A program made the position numbers and the translations under genes. Under the pieces are notes generated by a model. It made no database searches and was not told the origin of the DNA. It worked only from the letters and a program-made list of their open reading frames with translations. Below are positions 30,914-40,285 of a stretch of DNA of 64,000 bases, piece by piece. Source of the DNA: an uncultured Verrucomicrobiae bacterium (GTDB lineage: Bacteria; Verrucomicrobiota; Verrucomicrobiia; Chthoniobacterales; JAFAMB01); the NCBI GenBank assembly GCA_963736745.1, contig CAVTQD010000057.1, positions 52,678 to 116,677 of the forward strand. The letters are read 5' to 3'. The first letter of the stretch is position 1. Each line of letters opens with the position of its first letter.

Positions 30914-32212
30914 ATGCGAGACACTGCACTAGTAACCAGAAGAGTCTTTTTGCGTACATCTATGTTAGGTGCAGCTCTGAGCTGGACGATACCAGTTTTT
31001 TTAGAGCGAACGTTCACTGCTCTGAATGCACAAGCGGCCGACACCTCAATTCAGACGGCGACCGGAAAGGATCATCCAATTCTGATCGTAATACAATTGG
31101 CCGGGGGAAACGATGGGCTAAATACAATTATCCCGTTCGAAGACGATCTTTATTTCAAGTTGCGCCCAAAGCTCGCGATCCCGAAGGAGCAGGTGCTGTC
31201 TCTCGGTGGGTTGACCGGATTAAATCCGAGTCTTGCTCCTCTTAAAAATCTTTATGACGCCGGAAACCTGGCGATAATCCAGGGCGTCGGTTATCCGAAT
31301 CCGAACCGCTCCCACTTCAGATCGGCTGAGATTTGGCAGACCGCCTCTGATGCGCAGCAGAACCTGACAAAAGGGTGGATAGGGAGGTACTTCGACAATT
31401 GCTGCGCGGGCGAAGACCCCACGGTTGGCGTAGTCCTCGGCGAGCAATTGCCAGAAGCCTTCAATGCCGCGAACCCAACCGGCGTCGCCGTTCGCAGACC
31501 GGGTAGCCTCGGCTTCGATCGTGAAAATGATCCTGATGAAGCGCGCCTGTTCGCGGAGTTGAACGGTCTGGAACCCACTTCCATGTCAGGCGATTTCATC
31601 GGGAATTTGTCCGGCCCGAGCAGGTCCGGCATGTCGGCGCTCGAATACTTGCAGCGCACGGCGCTCGATGCGCAGGTGAGCACTGATAAAATTAAGCAGG
31701 TCCTGAAGGGATCCAAAAACGAAACAGCCTACCCGAAAAACCAGCTAGGTAATTCGCTTGCACTTATCTCACGCCTGATATCAGGCGGTCTACCGACTCG
31801 GGTTTATTACGCGAGCCAAGGCGGATATGACACACACGCAGGCCAAATCACCACTCATAAACGACTATTGAATGAATTAGCTGATTCAATCGCCGCTTTC
31901 TGCAATGACTTGAAAGCAAAAGGCATTTTTGACCGAGTGCTCGTCATGACTTTCAGCGAGTTCGGCAGGCGTGTAAGCGAAAACGCCAACGGAGGTACCG
32001 ACCATGGGACAGCCGCTCCCATGTTCGTCTGCGGAGGCGGTGTCCAACCGGGATTGTACGGCGAACAACCACCCCTCAACCGCCTCGATGCCGGAGACTT
32101 ACTCTACAACGTTGACTTCCGGTCTGTGTATTCGACCATTCTCTCCAAATGGATGAAGGCGCCTCCAGCGCTCGTTCTTGGGCGCGATTTTCCGAAACTG
32201 AATTTCGTTTGA
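30914..32212 (+). CDS. DUF1501 domain protein (sulfatase-like, Tat-exported)
   Basis: 432 aa with the twin-arginine signal TRRVFLRTSMLGAALS, plus GGYDTH and FSEFGRRVSENANGGTDHG signatures. It is the usual partner of DUF1800. Confidence 0.85.
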   Translation: MRDTALVTRRVFLRTSMLGAALSWTIPVFLERTFTALNAQAADTSIQTATGKDHPILIVIQLAGGNDGLNTIIPFEDDLYFKLRPKLAIPKEQVLSLGGLTGLNPSLAPLKNLYDAGNLAIIQGVGYPNPNRSHFRSAEIWQTASDAQQNLTKGWIGRYFDNCCAGEDPTVGVVLGEQLPEAFNAANPTGVAVRRPGSLGFDRENDPDEARLFAELNGLEPTSMSGDFIGNLSGPSRSGMSALEYLQRTALDAQVSTDKIKQVLKGSKNETAYPKNQLGNSLALISRLISGGLPTRVYYASQGGYDTHAGQITTHKRLLNELADSIAAFCNDLKAKGIFDRVLVMTFSEFGRRVSENANGGTDHGTAAPMFVCGGGVQPGLYGEQPPLNRLDAGDLLYNVDFRSVYSTILSKWMKAPPALVLGRDFPKLNFV

Positions 32213-32266
32213 ACTTTTTCTTGGCTTCTTCGCTGTTCCTGGGTTTGGTCTTGAGGATACCCCAAG

Positions 32267-33058
32267 GTGAAGCTCCTTCTCACGGCAGATTTTCATTTCC
32301 ACAAACCATGGTTTGAGTGGCTTCTGCGCGTCGCCCATCGCTACGACCTGATCTGCGTTGCCGGAGATCTGCTGGATATGTTTCACCCGGACGGTGTCGT
32401 TCCGCAATTGATTTACGTCTATGAGTGGATGCAGATGCTGATGAAGCTGCAGATCCCGGTTGCCCTTTGCTCTGGCAATCATGATTTGCCCGGGAATCAG
32501 CCAATCCTGATTCCCGGCGTTTCCATTCGAAAAGATAAGCTCTCGATCTTGGGTGAGTTCGCTAAACATCGGCACTGGCTTCACGCGCTGAAAATGAACC
32601 ATCTTGTCGCAGTGGACGATGACTCAAAAATCATCCGTACGCGTACAGAAGAAGCAATTACCGTCGTTTGCCTGCCATACGCCGCAGACGGCCACGTGCA
32701 GCCGCTGTGCCCGGCCGCTCATCCATGCTTGATCCTTCATCATGAGCCGCCGGCTCAAACTCTGATCGCCGAGCCTAAGGCCGGCAGCCGTGAATTCGCG
32801 TTAGTCATTGCGAGACAGCAACCCACCTGGACATTGAGCGGTCACGTTCATTTCACACAAGGCGCCGAGAACCATTTTTCCCAACGAATTGGACAATCTT
32901 GGTGCTTTAATTGCCGCCAGATTCCACCTTCAACGATTTTGCCCCCGGAACCGAACTTCATCGTGTTGGACACAAAAAGCAGAGAGGCAACCTGGATACA
33001 CTGGTTGTCACTCGAAAAGTTTGAAGAAAGCATAGTTACCTTGGAGCCGTGCCAATAG
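32267..33058 (+). CDS. Metallophosphoesterase (calcineurin-like)
   Basis: 263 aa, GTG start, with motifs TADFHFH, VAGDLLD, SGNHD and GHVH. Confidence 0.7.
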   Translation: MKLLLTADFHFHKPWFEWLLRVAHRYDLICVAGDLLDMFHPDGVVPQLIYVYEWMQMLMKLQIPVALCSGNHDLPGNQPILIPGVSIRKDKLSILGEFAKHRHWLHALKMNHLVAVDDDSKIIRTRTEEAITVVCLPYAADGHVQPLCPAAHPCLILHHEPPAQTLIAEPKAGSREFALVIARQQPTWTLSGHVHFTQGAENHFSQRIGQSWCFNCRQIPPSTILPPEPNFIVLDTKSREATWIHWLSLEKFEESIVTLEPCQ

Positions 33059-33090
33059 GGAAGACGTAATGGCGTTTCGGCGAACGCCCT

Positions 33091-34233
33091 TCAGTCCCCA
33101 CGCACACCGATACGCCGACCCGCCGATAGGCCGCCCCGTTTCTCCAAGCCTGGTGCTTCACCTTGGTATCCGGTTAACTCCATGTAGCCAACTCCATCCA
33201 CTGGCTTCCCTGCGCGGCCCCCCTTAAGCCGAATACATCCCTCCCAGTAAACCACCGCCAGGTTTAATTCCTGATCCTCAACTGCCGGAGTCAGTTCCAA
33301 ATCCAGCCCCAATTTTGGAATAGTTAGTTTCCACCCAACCGGATATTTCGCCTGGCTTGCAGGACTCACCCAAAATTTCTCGGGACTCAATTGAAATTCC
33401 TCGGATGTCAGATCCGCAGTCGCCCCATCCGCAGCAATCCATTTCCCATTCGAATGCGAGTCGAAGCCACCATGCCTAAGGCGCATCTGATACAACATGA
33501 TATCGCTTCCATCGGATAGCTGGATCGCAAACCAATTCCAACCCGACTGCTCCGGTGTCAATTGATTCGTGGCCCATTCCCGGTCAAACCAGGAATGTCC
33601 TTCAATCTCATAGTCTTTGTCACCGATCTTTATCGTCCCAGACGTTTTCAGTCGCGTGATCGAATAGTAGTAGGATGCATGACCCGGACCGTCCGCCTTT
33701 TGGCTGAGTCCGTTCTCGCCTTGCAGCACCACAGGCTTCTCGGGCGTCAATTCCAGCTCTATCGAATAATCTTTGGAAGCCGCCTTCAGCCGAAAGTTAT
33801 CGCTGAAATCCAGCTCCCAATCGTCGATCCAGGCCAGTCTCTTCCCGTCTGCGAAGCCAGCCTCCCCATAGGCACCGCGGCTGACACGACTATCAAAATG
33901 GAATTTACCCGCGCTAACATCGGTCACAGCGAAGTGCGCAAACTTAACATCGTTCATGACAAACCTCGAAGCGACGGCTTGCCCGTTGCCCGGTGGTCTA
34001 TAACCATGGCGAAAAAATGTGAGCTGATAGCCAAACGCCTGGCCGTCAACCGATTTCACGTTGCCGGTAAAGTACCACCATTCGGTCCGGAAAGGGTAGT
34101 GAGGGAAAAGATCCTGCGGCAATGTTATTTGATAGCCCGGCAGGGCAACGGCCCATCCATGGTTATCGGTATTCTCCGTCCAAGCCGGAGCGACGACGGC
34201 TAAAACAGCCACGCACGTGATACTAATTTTCAT
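33091..34233 (-). CDS. AttH/CrtC-like lipocalin-type protein (hydroxyneurosporene-synthase family), secreted
   Basis: 380 aa with an N-terminal signal peptide (MKISITCVAVLAVVAPAW) and a WWYFTGNV motif. It has a 4-nt overlap with the upstream FtsX-type permease gene. Confidence 0.78.
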   Translation of the reverse strand: MKISITCVAVLAVVAPAWTENTDNHGWAVALPGYQITLPQDLFPHYPFRTEWWYFTGNVKSVDGQAFGYQLTFFRHGYRPPGNGQAVASRFVMNDVKFAHFAVTDVSAGKFHFDSRVSRGAYGEAGFADGKRLAWIDDWELDFSDNFRLKAASKDYSIELELTPEKPVVLQGENGLSQKADGPGHASYYYSITRLKTSGTIKIGDKDYEIEGHSWFDREWATNQLTPEQSGWNWFAIQLSDGSDIMLYQMRLRHGGFDSHSNGKWIAADGATADLTSEEFQLSPEKFWVSPASQAKYPVGWKLTIPKLGLDLELTPAVEDQELNLAVVYWEGCIRLKGGRAGKPVDGVGYMELTGYQGEAPGLEKRGGLSAGRRIGVRGD

Positions 34234-36752
34234 GCATCCATTCTAATCGCATCGATAATATTCCTCCGCGAAGCCTGGTTTGCCGGCAAAAGACTAGCCA
34301 AAATGGCCGCCGGCAACAGCCAGACGGGCGTCCAAAGAAGCTGGTCCCACGGAATGTGAAAAGGAATGGTCCAGCCAAAAAAGGCCTTGTTTATCACTTC
34401 AGTTAACACCAGCGAAAGAGCAATCCCGGTCACCATCCCAAGCAGAAGGGCCATCATTCCCACTAACACCGATTCCCAGATGATGAGTCCGCGAATTTGT
34501 CTTCGTGAAATCCCAACCGCCCGCAGTGTGCCAATCTCTCTTTCGCGCTCTTTAACTAACACCGTAAAGTTGAGGGCGATCCCGATCACTGCCACTAGGA
34601 CTGCGATCAGCCGAAGAATTTGCGTCACTGCAAAGGTCTGATTGAACACGTTGACCACCGCAGCACGCAACGCCCGGTTCGAATACACTGAATAGTCATG
34701 AGCGTGGGCATAGCCGGTCCGGATGGCCTCAATCTCTTTTTCAACTTGCGCTCCCGGCCGCAGATAGAGTGCGACGGAGTTGATCCGGGAATCGCGCCAG
34801 TATTTCTCGAAATTTGCCCGTTGCATCAGCATGACACCGGAATCCCGGCTGTAGTCATAAAAAACTCCGGCCACTCGGAACGAGCGCGGACCCAATGGCG
34901 TCGCGATCGTCACTGAATCTCCTTGATTCACCTTCAAACGGCGGGAAAGCGGCTCAGATATTGTCACTCTATCTGCCAGTTGGAAAGCTTCGTATTTTTT
35001 GGCATTTTCCCCGCCGACAAATTCCGGGATATTTCGATTCGTTCCGGTCACGACCCCAAGAAAGACCGGTTTACCGCTCACGGTTGCTGTCAGGTAACGG
35101 AAGGTATCGATCGCCTCGACCGTTGGTCGCGATTGCAAAAATTCCATAAAATCTTTAGACACAAAGTTCTCGAACCCAACAATCTCGTTTGCAGCCGGCG
35201 CAACAAACACATCGGCGACAAGACGACGTTCCAGCCACCGATCAACGGTTTTGCGGAACGAAAAAATCATGATCGAAACGCTGACGAGCATCGCTAGAGC
35301 CGATGCCAGCGCCGCTATTGTAATGGCATGCCTATAAAGTGATCGGACCAGATTCTGAGCGGCAAGACGCGCGAGAAGCAGAGAATGAAAAAGCCGGCCG
35401 GTCCATGTACCGAACCGATGGGTCGCGTACGGTGAAAGGCAGCAAAACCCTATCAAGGTGAAGAAAGCGGCCCCGAATCCCGCGCTTGGATAACCACTGA
35501 GCGCAAGTTCACTGGCCCCGCATGCCGCAAGCAGGCACCCTCCGCTCAAGACGATCCAAAACGCTCGCGGTTTCTCGCCGCGCTCGATGAGAACCCCCAT
35601 GTTCAATGCTTGTAACGGTGGAAGGTTCGCACCGGCGTTCGCAGGGATAAACGCGCCGACCAGCACCGATCCCATGCCTGCCAACAGCACCAGCGGTATC
35701 TGCCAAAATGGAAGATAAAAATGATCGATACTGGTGAGCACGTAAAGGTTCGTGACCGTCTTGGAAACCGCGCGCACCAGAAAATTCGCCATCCACACAC
35801 CTCCGACACAGCCCACGGCGCTGCCTATCATTCCGTAGAGTGCCGCTTCCCCCAGGAACAACCATCGAATCTTCGCTCGGCTGGCACCGAGCGCTCTCAG
35901 GATTCCGACTTCGCTTCGCCTTCGCACGACCGAAGCCGTGACCGTGTTATAAATGAGAAAGACGCCAACAAGCAGCGATATCATGCTCAGAGCGGTCAGA
36001 TTTAGTTCAAATCCGGACAGCAAATGCTCAACTTGACCACTCCGCTCCCCCGGTTCCTGGACCACCGCATCCGGTGGAACCAAGTGCCGTATTCGCTCGC
36101 ACACAGGCTCGGGATTATTTGGGTCGTTGATCTGAATCAGCACGCCGGTCAGCTGTCCCTGCAGACCAAACAATTCTTGCGCCCAACCGATATCCATCGC
36201 GGCAAAGTGCGAATCACCATCCCTTGCTTCCAGAACAGAACTCACCACAAGATCGATTTCACGCTCTCCGAATCTGATGCGGATTGGGTCTCCCCGTTTC
36301 AACATGTGCGCGTCGGCAAATTTTTTAGCGACTGCCAGTGACCTCGGGTTACCGAACCAGGCGTCTGCATCGAATGAGTCCGAGCCCGATTTGCTAACTC
36401 TGAAGTTCTCGAACGTTGAATTGGTGAACGGATCAACTCCTAGAATGTGAAGGTAGTCACCCGGCCAACCCGGCAATGTCACAATGCGCTCCACCAGTGG
36501 AGTCGCCGCCGCGACACCTGATGTTTCTCGCAGCTTTGGAAACAAAATATCGTCCAGGGTCCCGCGAACCTCGATGTTTGCGCGCCCTGCGACAACATCA
36601 ATACCAGCCCGGAAGGCAGCAGTTGCGCTCCGGTTCGCGATTTGGACAGCCAGATAGACGGATACTCCGAGAGCAACGCTCAGGATGTTGATTACCGCCA
36701 GAACCCTGTGCGTCAGAGCGTAGCGGACGACATGCTGAATAAAAAATCGCAT
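34230..36752 (-). CDS. ABC transporter permease, double FtsX/MacB-type (AttF/G- or YbbP-like)
   Basis: 840 aa with two FtsX 4-TM modules, each with a large extracytoplasmic loop. No ATPase gene lies upstream. Confidence 0.88.
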   Translation of the reverse strand: MRFFIQHVVRYALTHRVLAVINILSVALGVSVYLAVQIANRSATAAFRAGIDVVAGRANIEVRGTLDDILFPKLRETSGVAAATPLVERIVTLPGWPGDYLHILGVDPFTNSTFENFRVSKSGSDSFDADAWFGNPRSLAVAKKFADAHMLKRGDPIRIRFGEREIDLVVSSVLEARDGDSHFAAMDIGWAQELFGLQGQLTGVLIQINDPNNPEPVCERIRHLVPPDAVVQEPGERSGQVEHLLSGFELNLTALSMISLLVGVFLIYNTVTASVVRRRSEVGILRALGASRAKIRWLFLGEAALYGMIGSAVGCVGGVWMANFLVRAVSKTVTNLYVLTSIDHFYLPFWQIPLVLLAGMGSVLVGAFIPANAGANLPPLQALNMGVLIERGEKPRAFWIVLSGGCLLAACGASELALSGYPSAGFGAAFFTLIGFCCLSPYATHRFGTWTGRLFHSLLLARLAAQNLVRSLYRHAITIAALASALAMLVSVSIMIFSFRKTVDRWLERRLVADVFVAPAANEIVGFENFVSKDFMEFLQSRPTVEAIDTFRYLTATVSGKPVFLGVVTGTNRNIPEFVGGENAKKYEAFQLADRVTISEPLSRRLKVNQGDSVTIATPLGPRSFRVAGVFYDYSRDSGVMLMQRANFEKYWRDSRINSVALYLRPGAQVEKEIEAIRTGYAHAHDYSVYSNRALRAAVVNVFNQTFAVTQILRLIAVLVAVIGIALNFTVLVKEREREIGTLRAVGISRRQIRGLIIWESVLVGMMALLLGMVTGIALSLVLTEVINKAFFGWTIPFHIPWDQLLWTPVWLLPAAILASLLPANQASRRNIIDAIRMDA

Positions 36753-36755
36753 TCT

Positions 36756-36943
36756 GGAATCAGGAGTCAGGACTCAGAAGTTGCAGGAGCTCAGGAGTTG
36801 CAGAATCTGGGGACGATTCGGTCTGCAGGGAAGAACTCTCAGAGGATCCCTTCACTTGTGAGGCTACAATTTTCATTGCGGGTACAGCTATGAGCTCATT
36901 CTGACTCCCGACTCCCGACTCCTGAACTGCAGCTCCTGATTCC
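36756..36943. repeat. Low-complexity inverted repeat: CAGGAGT-type array (36756-36806) facing ACTCCTG-type array (36898-36943)
   Basis: The outer 11 bp, ggaatcaggag (36756-36766), pair perfectly with ctcctgattcc (36933-36943). An inner stem pairs cagaat/attctg plus ggagt/actcc. The spacer is ~91 nt. The element fills the lptFG-stop to FtsX-start interval. Confidence 0.65.
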
Positions 36944-36949
36944 CGCCTC

Positions 36950-38173
36950 CTACCCCGTAAAAGGAATTGGCCGGTTGGTAGCGCGAAGATACAGCAGCAC
37001 AAATCCGAGCAGGAGAAACCCCGCCGCCGGAGTCCACGCCGCGATAAGCGGCGAAATCCTGGATCCCTGGCCAAGCGCGAGGAAAACGTTGCTGGACGAG
37101 AATAAGCCGATAAACAGAAACAAGCCGCCCGCTATCCCGCCCAGCGCTCCCCGACGAGAAAAAGCGATGCAGAGCGGGCTCGCCACAAACACGACGACCA
37201 GCACATTCCATGGCAACGCGAACCGATACCACATCTGGGTCTTGAACTCGGCAAGATTAGCCTCCGGAAAATCGCCGTTCTCCTTCAGGTAATACTCTAG
37301 CTGCGGCACCGTCATGTATTTGCCTTTGAGCGCAGCGCTCGAGAGCCGCCATGGAGTTTCGCTCCAGCCGCTCACCTCTTTTCGAGCGAAAAATTCTTCG
37401 CTGATTACGTTCCCTTGCGGGTCCATATGAGCAATCTTGCCGTTGTAAAAGATCCAGACTCTGCGGGAGCCGTCGTAGGTCGCGTTCTGTCCGTAGATTT
37501 TGGATTGAATCACCCCGTTGCCATCCTGTTGGATCACCTGGACATTCCTAAGCTGTTCGTTCTTGGCATCCAGCAGTTGAATAAACCAGATGCGGAAATC
37601 TCTTCGGTTGGGAAAAACGAGGGCGTCCATCCGGGCGTTTTTGGACTTGCCCTTGATGATTTCGTCAAGCATGTACGCGCTCGCCCACTGACCTTTCGGA
37701 CCGAGCTCATAGTTCAAAAGGGTGCAAGCCGCGGTCAGCAATACTCCAACCAGAATTAACGGAAGCAGCAATCGAGGAACGCTCACTCCAGCACCCAGCA
37801 TGGACACAATTTCGTTACGACGGGACATGCGCGTCAGCACATAAAGCAAACCGAGCAAAACGCTCAGCGGCAGCTGGTTAACAATGATAAACGGGATCTG
37901 AACCAGGTAAAATTGGGATATCGGTTGAAAGCCAAGGTGCGCCTCCTGAAAATCGTTGGCGTGCTCACCAAGATCGTAGACCAGCCAGATCGCAAGCATT
38001 CCGAATAACGAATAGAAGAATGGAACCAGGAAATTCTTGATGAGGTAGCGATCAAATATTCGGAACACGGCCTTTTTAACTTTGATGTTTTTTTGATGTT
38101 TTCGCGCAACTTCATTCCGACCTTGGTCGGACCGCAAATTGTGCGAACGTCGTGCAGAGCCGGCGAAGCCCAT
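36950..38173 (-). CDS. LptF/LptG (YjgP/YjgQ) family permease
   Basis: ORF 36950..38269 (GTG) trimmed to ATG 38173. FRIFDRYLIKNFLVPFFYSLFGMLAIWLVYDL is the family N-terminus, followed by 6 TM segments and a periplasmic beta-jellyroll region. The start is uncertain. Confidence 0.8.
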   Translation of the reverse strand: MGFAGSARRSHNLRSDQGRNEVARKHQKNIKVKKAVFRIFDRYLIKNFLVPFFYSLFGMLAIWLVYDLGEHANDFQEAHLGFQPISQFYLVQIPFIIVNQLPLSVLLGLLYVLTRMSRRNEIVSMLGAGVSVPRLLLPLILVGVLLTAACTLLNYELGPKGQWASAYMLDEIIKGKSKNARMDALVFPNRRDFRIWFIQLLDAKNEQLRNVQVIQQDGNGVIQSKIYGQNATYDGSRRVWIFYNGKIAHMDPQGNVISEEFFARKEVSGWSETPWRLSSAALKGKYMTVPQLEYYLKENGDFPEANLAEFKTQMWYRFALPWNVLVVVFVASPLCIAFSRRGALGGIAGGLFLFIGLFSSSNVFLALGQGSRISPLIAAWTPAAGFLLLGFVLLYLRATNRPIPFTG

Positions 38174-38290
38174 GAAAGTCGCAATACCATAATCAGAGAA
38201 ACTTGCGTCGAAGCGTAGCGCTCTCCATGGTACTGCGCTCCCGGTTTTCGGTGCAAAAACCGGTAGCACGGCTTTAAGCTAAGGACAACA

Positions 38291-40270
38291 GTGATCGCGT
38301 TCCGCAAGGATTTTGACCAACGGTTCTCCCGAGACATTCATGAAATGTTTGGGGAAGGAGGCGTATTGTCCGGCGCGAAGAACTTTGAGTACCGCCCCGA
38401 ACAACAGCAGATGGCCGCGGCCGTAGCAGATGCGCTGGAAGGGAATCACCATCTTGTCGTAGAAGCCGGGACTGGCGTCGGCAAGTCGTTGGCCTACCTC
38501 GTACCGGCCGCCCTCTTCGCTTTGGAACACAATCGCAAAGCAGTCATTTCCACGCATACCATTAATCTCCAGGAACAATTACTGCAAAAGGACATACCGA
38601 TTGTTCGCCGGCTGCTGGATCGACCGTTGGAGGCTGCGCTGCTCAAAGGAAGACAAAATTATCTTTGTCCAAATCGGCTCGAGCGCGCTTTGCAATTGCA
38701 AAAAGATTTGTTTACCAGCTCGGAGCAACAAGAGTTGCTTAGAATCCAGGATTGGAGCCAGAAGACGACCGAGGGAACACTGAGTGACATTGAGGTTGAA
38801 CCCGATTCATCCGTCTGGGCCCAAGTTTGCAGCGAGCCACACATCTGCACTCCGAAAACTTGTGGGTCCGGCAGTCGCTGTTTTTACCAGGAAGCGCGGA
38901 AAAAGCTCCTGACTGCGGATTTGATTGTGGTAAATCATACGCTCTTTTTCCTGGCCTTGGAAAGCATGGGTCTAACCGAGACCAGGGCGTCAGGTTATCT
39001 GTTTCCGAATGATTTTGTTATCCTGGACGAAGCGCACACCATCGAATCTGTCGCGGCGCGACAGATTGGCCTCGGGGTCTCGCAATATGGCCTCAAACAG
39101 GCCCTCTACCGGCTCTACAATCCAAAGTCGAAAAAGGGTCTGTTCACGGTTTTGCGAGCTGAGGGAGCGGTCCGGGAGACTGCCGAATCAATTGAGGTTG
39201 TGGATCGCTTTTTTCAAACCGTTGAACAAGCTGCAGATTTTCGAAAAGGACGGGAGTGCCGGGTGCGCGAACCGGGGCTTGTGCCGGACAGCGTCACGAT
39301 TGCGCTGGCGCGGGTTCAATCCGCTGTTGTGACCGCTGTAAAACAGGTCGAGGATGAAAAGCTTAAATCTGAGCTTCAGGATTTGGGCCGGCGAATCCGT
39401 GAAGCGCGTCGTGGAGTGATCGAATTCTTGCAGCAGACTCCGGAGAATCACGTGTACTGGGTGGAGCGAACGGGAAAAACAGCGCAAAACCTGACGTTGA
39501 ATGCAGCGCCGGTTGATATATCTGCGGTTTTGCAGCGGATGTTGTTTCCGGAGGATCGCATCTGTGTGATGACGAGCGCAACGCTCTCGGTCGGTCGGGA
39601 CGACCTAGCCTATTTTCGAAGCCGAGTCGGTGCTTCCGACGTCAATGCTCTGCAGATCGGCAGCCCATTTGACTACGAAAAGCAGATGCGTCTTTACGCG
39701 GTGAAAAAAATGCCGGATCCACGCAATCCCGACTACGAGGATGCGCTCGAAAAGTGGATTTCCTACTTTTTGATCAAGACGCACGGGCGCGCCTTCGTCC
39801 TTTTCACCAGCTACAAAAGCATGACTAGTCTTGCTCAGCGCATGGAGCCGGAGTTGGATCGTCTCTATACCTTCATGGTCCAGGGTCAGGGCTCATCGCG
39901 CAGCCGCATGCTGGAACGATTCAAAAACTCAACAGACGGGGTTTTGTTCGGGACGGACAGTTTTTGGACCGGTGTCGATGTACCCGGGGAAGCTCTTTCA
40001 AGCGTTATCATCACAAGACTCCCTTTCGCCGTTCCCGATCATCCGCTGATAGAGGCCAAGCTCGAATATATTGAGGCCAACGGCGGCGATCCGTTCACGG
40101 AATATTCGCTCCCCGAAGCGATCCTGAAATTGCGACAAGGAGTCGGCCGCCTTATCCGGACAAAAACCGATGAAGGCATAATCGTTATTTTGGATAATCG
40201 GATATTAAGTAAGAGTTACGGCAAAAGCTTTTTGCAAGCGCTCCCTCCCTGTCCGCTTGAGATGGTGTGA
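38291..40270 (+). CDS. dinG: ATP-dependent DinG/Rad3-type DNA helicase
   Basis: 659 aa, GTG start. Walker A EAGTGVGKS, a DEAH box (ILDEAHTIE), a Cys cluster (CPNRL...CSEPHICTPKTCGSGSRC) consistent with an FeS domain, and C-terminal TDSFWTGVDVPG and QGVGRLIR. Confidence 0.88.
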   Translation: MIAFRKDFDQRFSRDIHEMFGEGGVLSGAKNFEYRPEQQQMAAAVADALEGNHHLVVEAGTGVGKSLAYLVPAALFALEHNRKAVISTHTINLQEQLLQKDIPIVRRLLDRPLEAALLKGRQNYLCPNRLERALQLQKDLFTSSEQQELLRIQDWSQKTTEGTLSDIEVEPDSSVWAQVCSEPHICTPKTCGSGSRCFYQEARKKLLTADLIVVNHTLFFLALESMGLTETRASGYLFPNDFVILDEAHTIESVAARQIGLGVSQYGLKQALYRLYNPKSKKGLFTVLRAEGAVRETAESIEVVDRFFQTVEQAADFRKGRECRVREPGLVPDSVTIALARVQSAVVTAVKQVEDEKLKSELQDLGRRIREARRGVIEFLQQTPENHVYWVERTGKTAQNLTLNAAPVDISAVLQRMLFPEDRICVMTSATLSVGRDDLAYFRSRVGASDVNALQIGSPFDYEKQMRLYAVKKMPDPRNPDYEDALEKWISYFLIKTHGRAFVLFTSYKSMTSLAQRMEPELDRLYTFMVQGQGSSRSRMLERFKNSTDGVLFGTDSFWTGVDVPGEALSSVIITRLPFAVPDHPLIEAKLEYIEANGGDPFTEYSLPEAILKLRQGVGRLIRTKTDEGIIVILDNRILSKSYGKSFLQALPPCPLEMV

Positions 40271-40285
40271 TTCTCCACCTACCCT

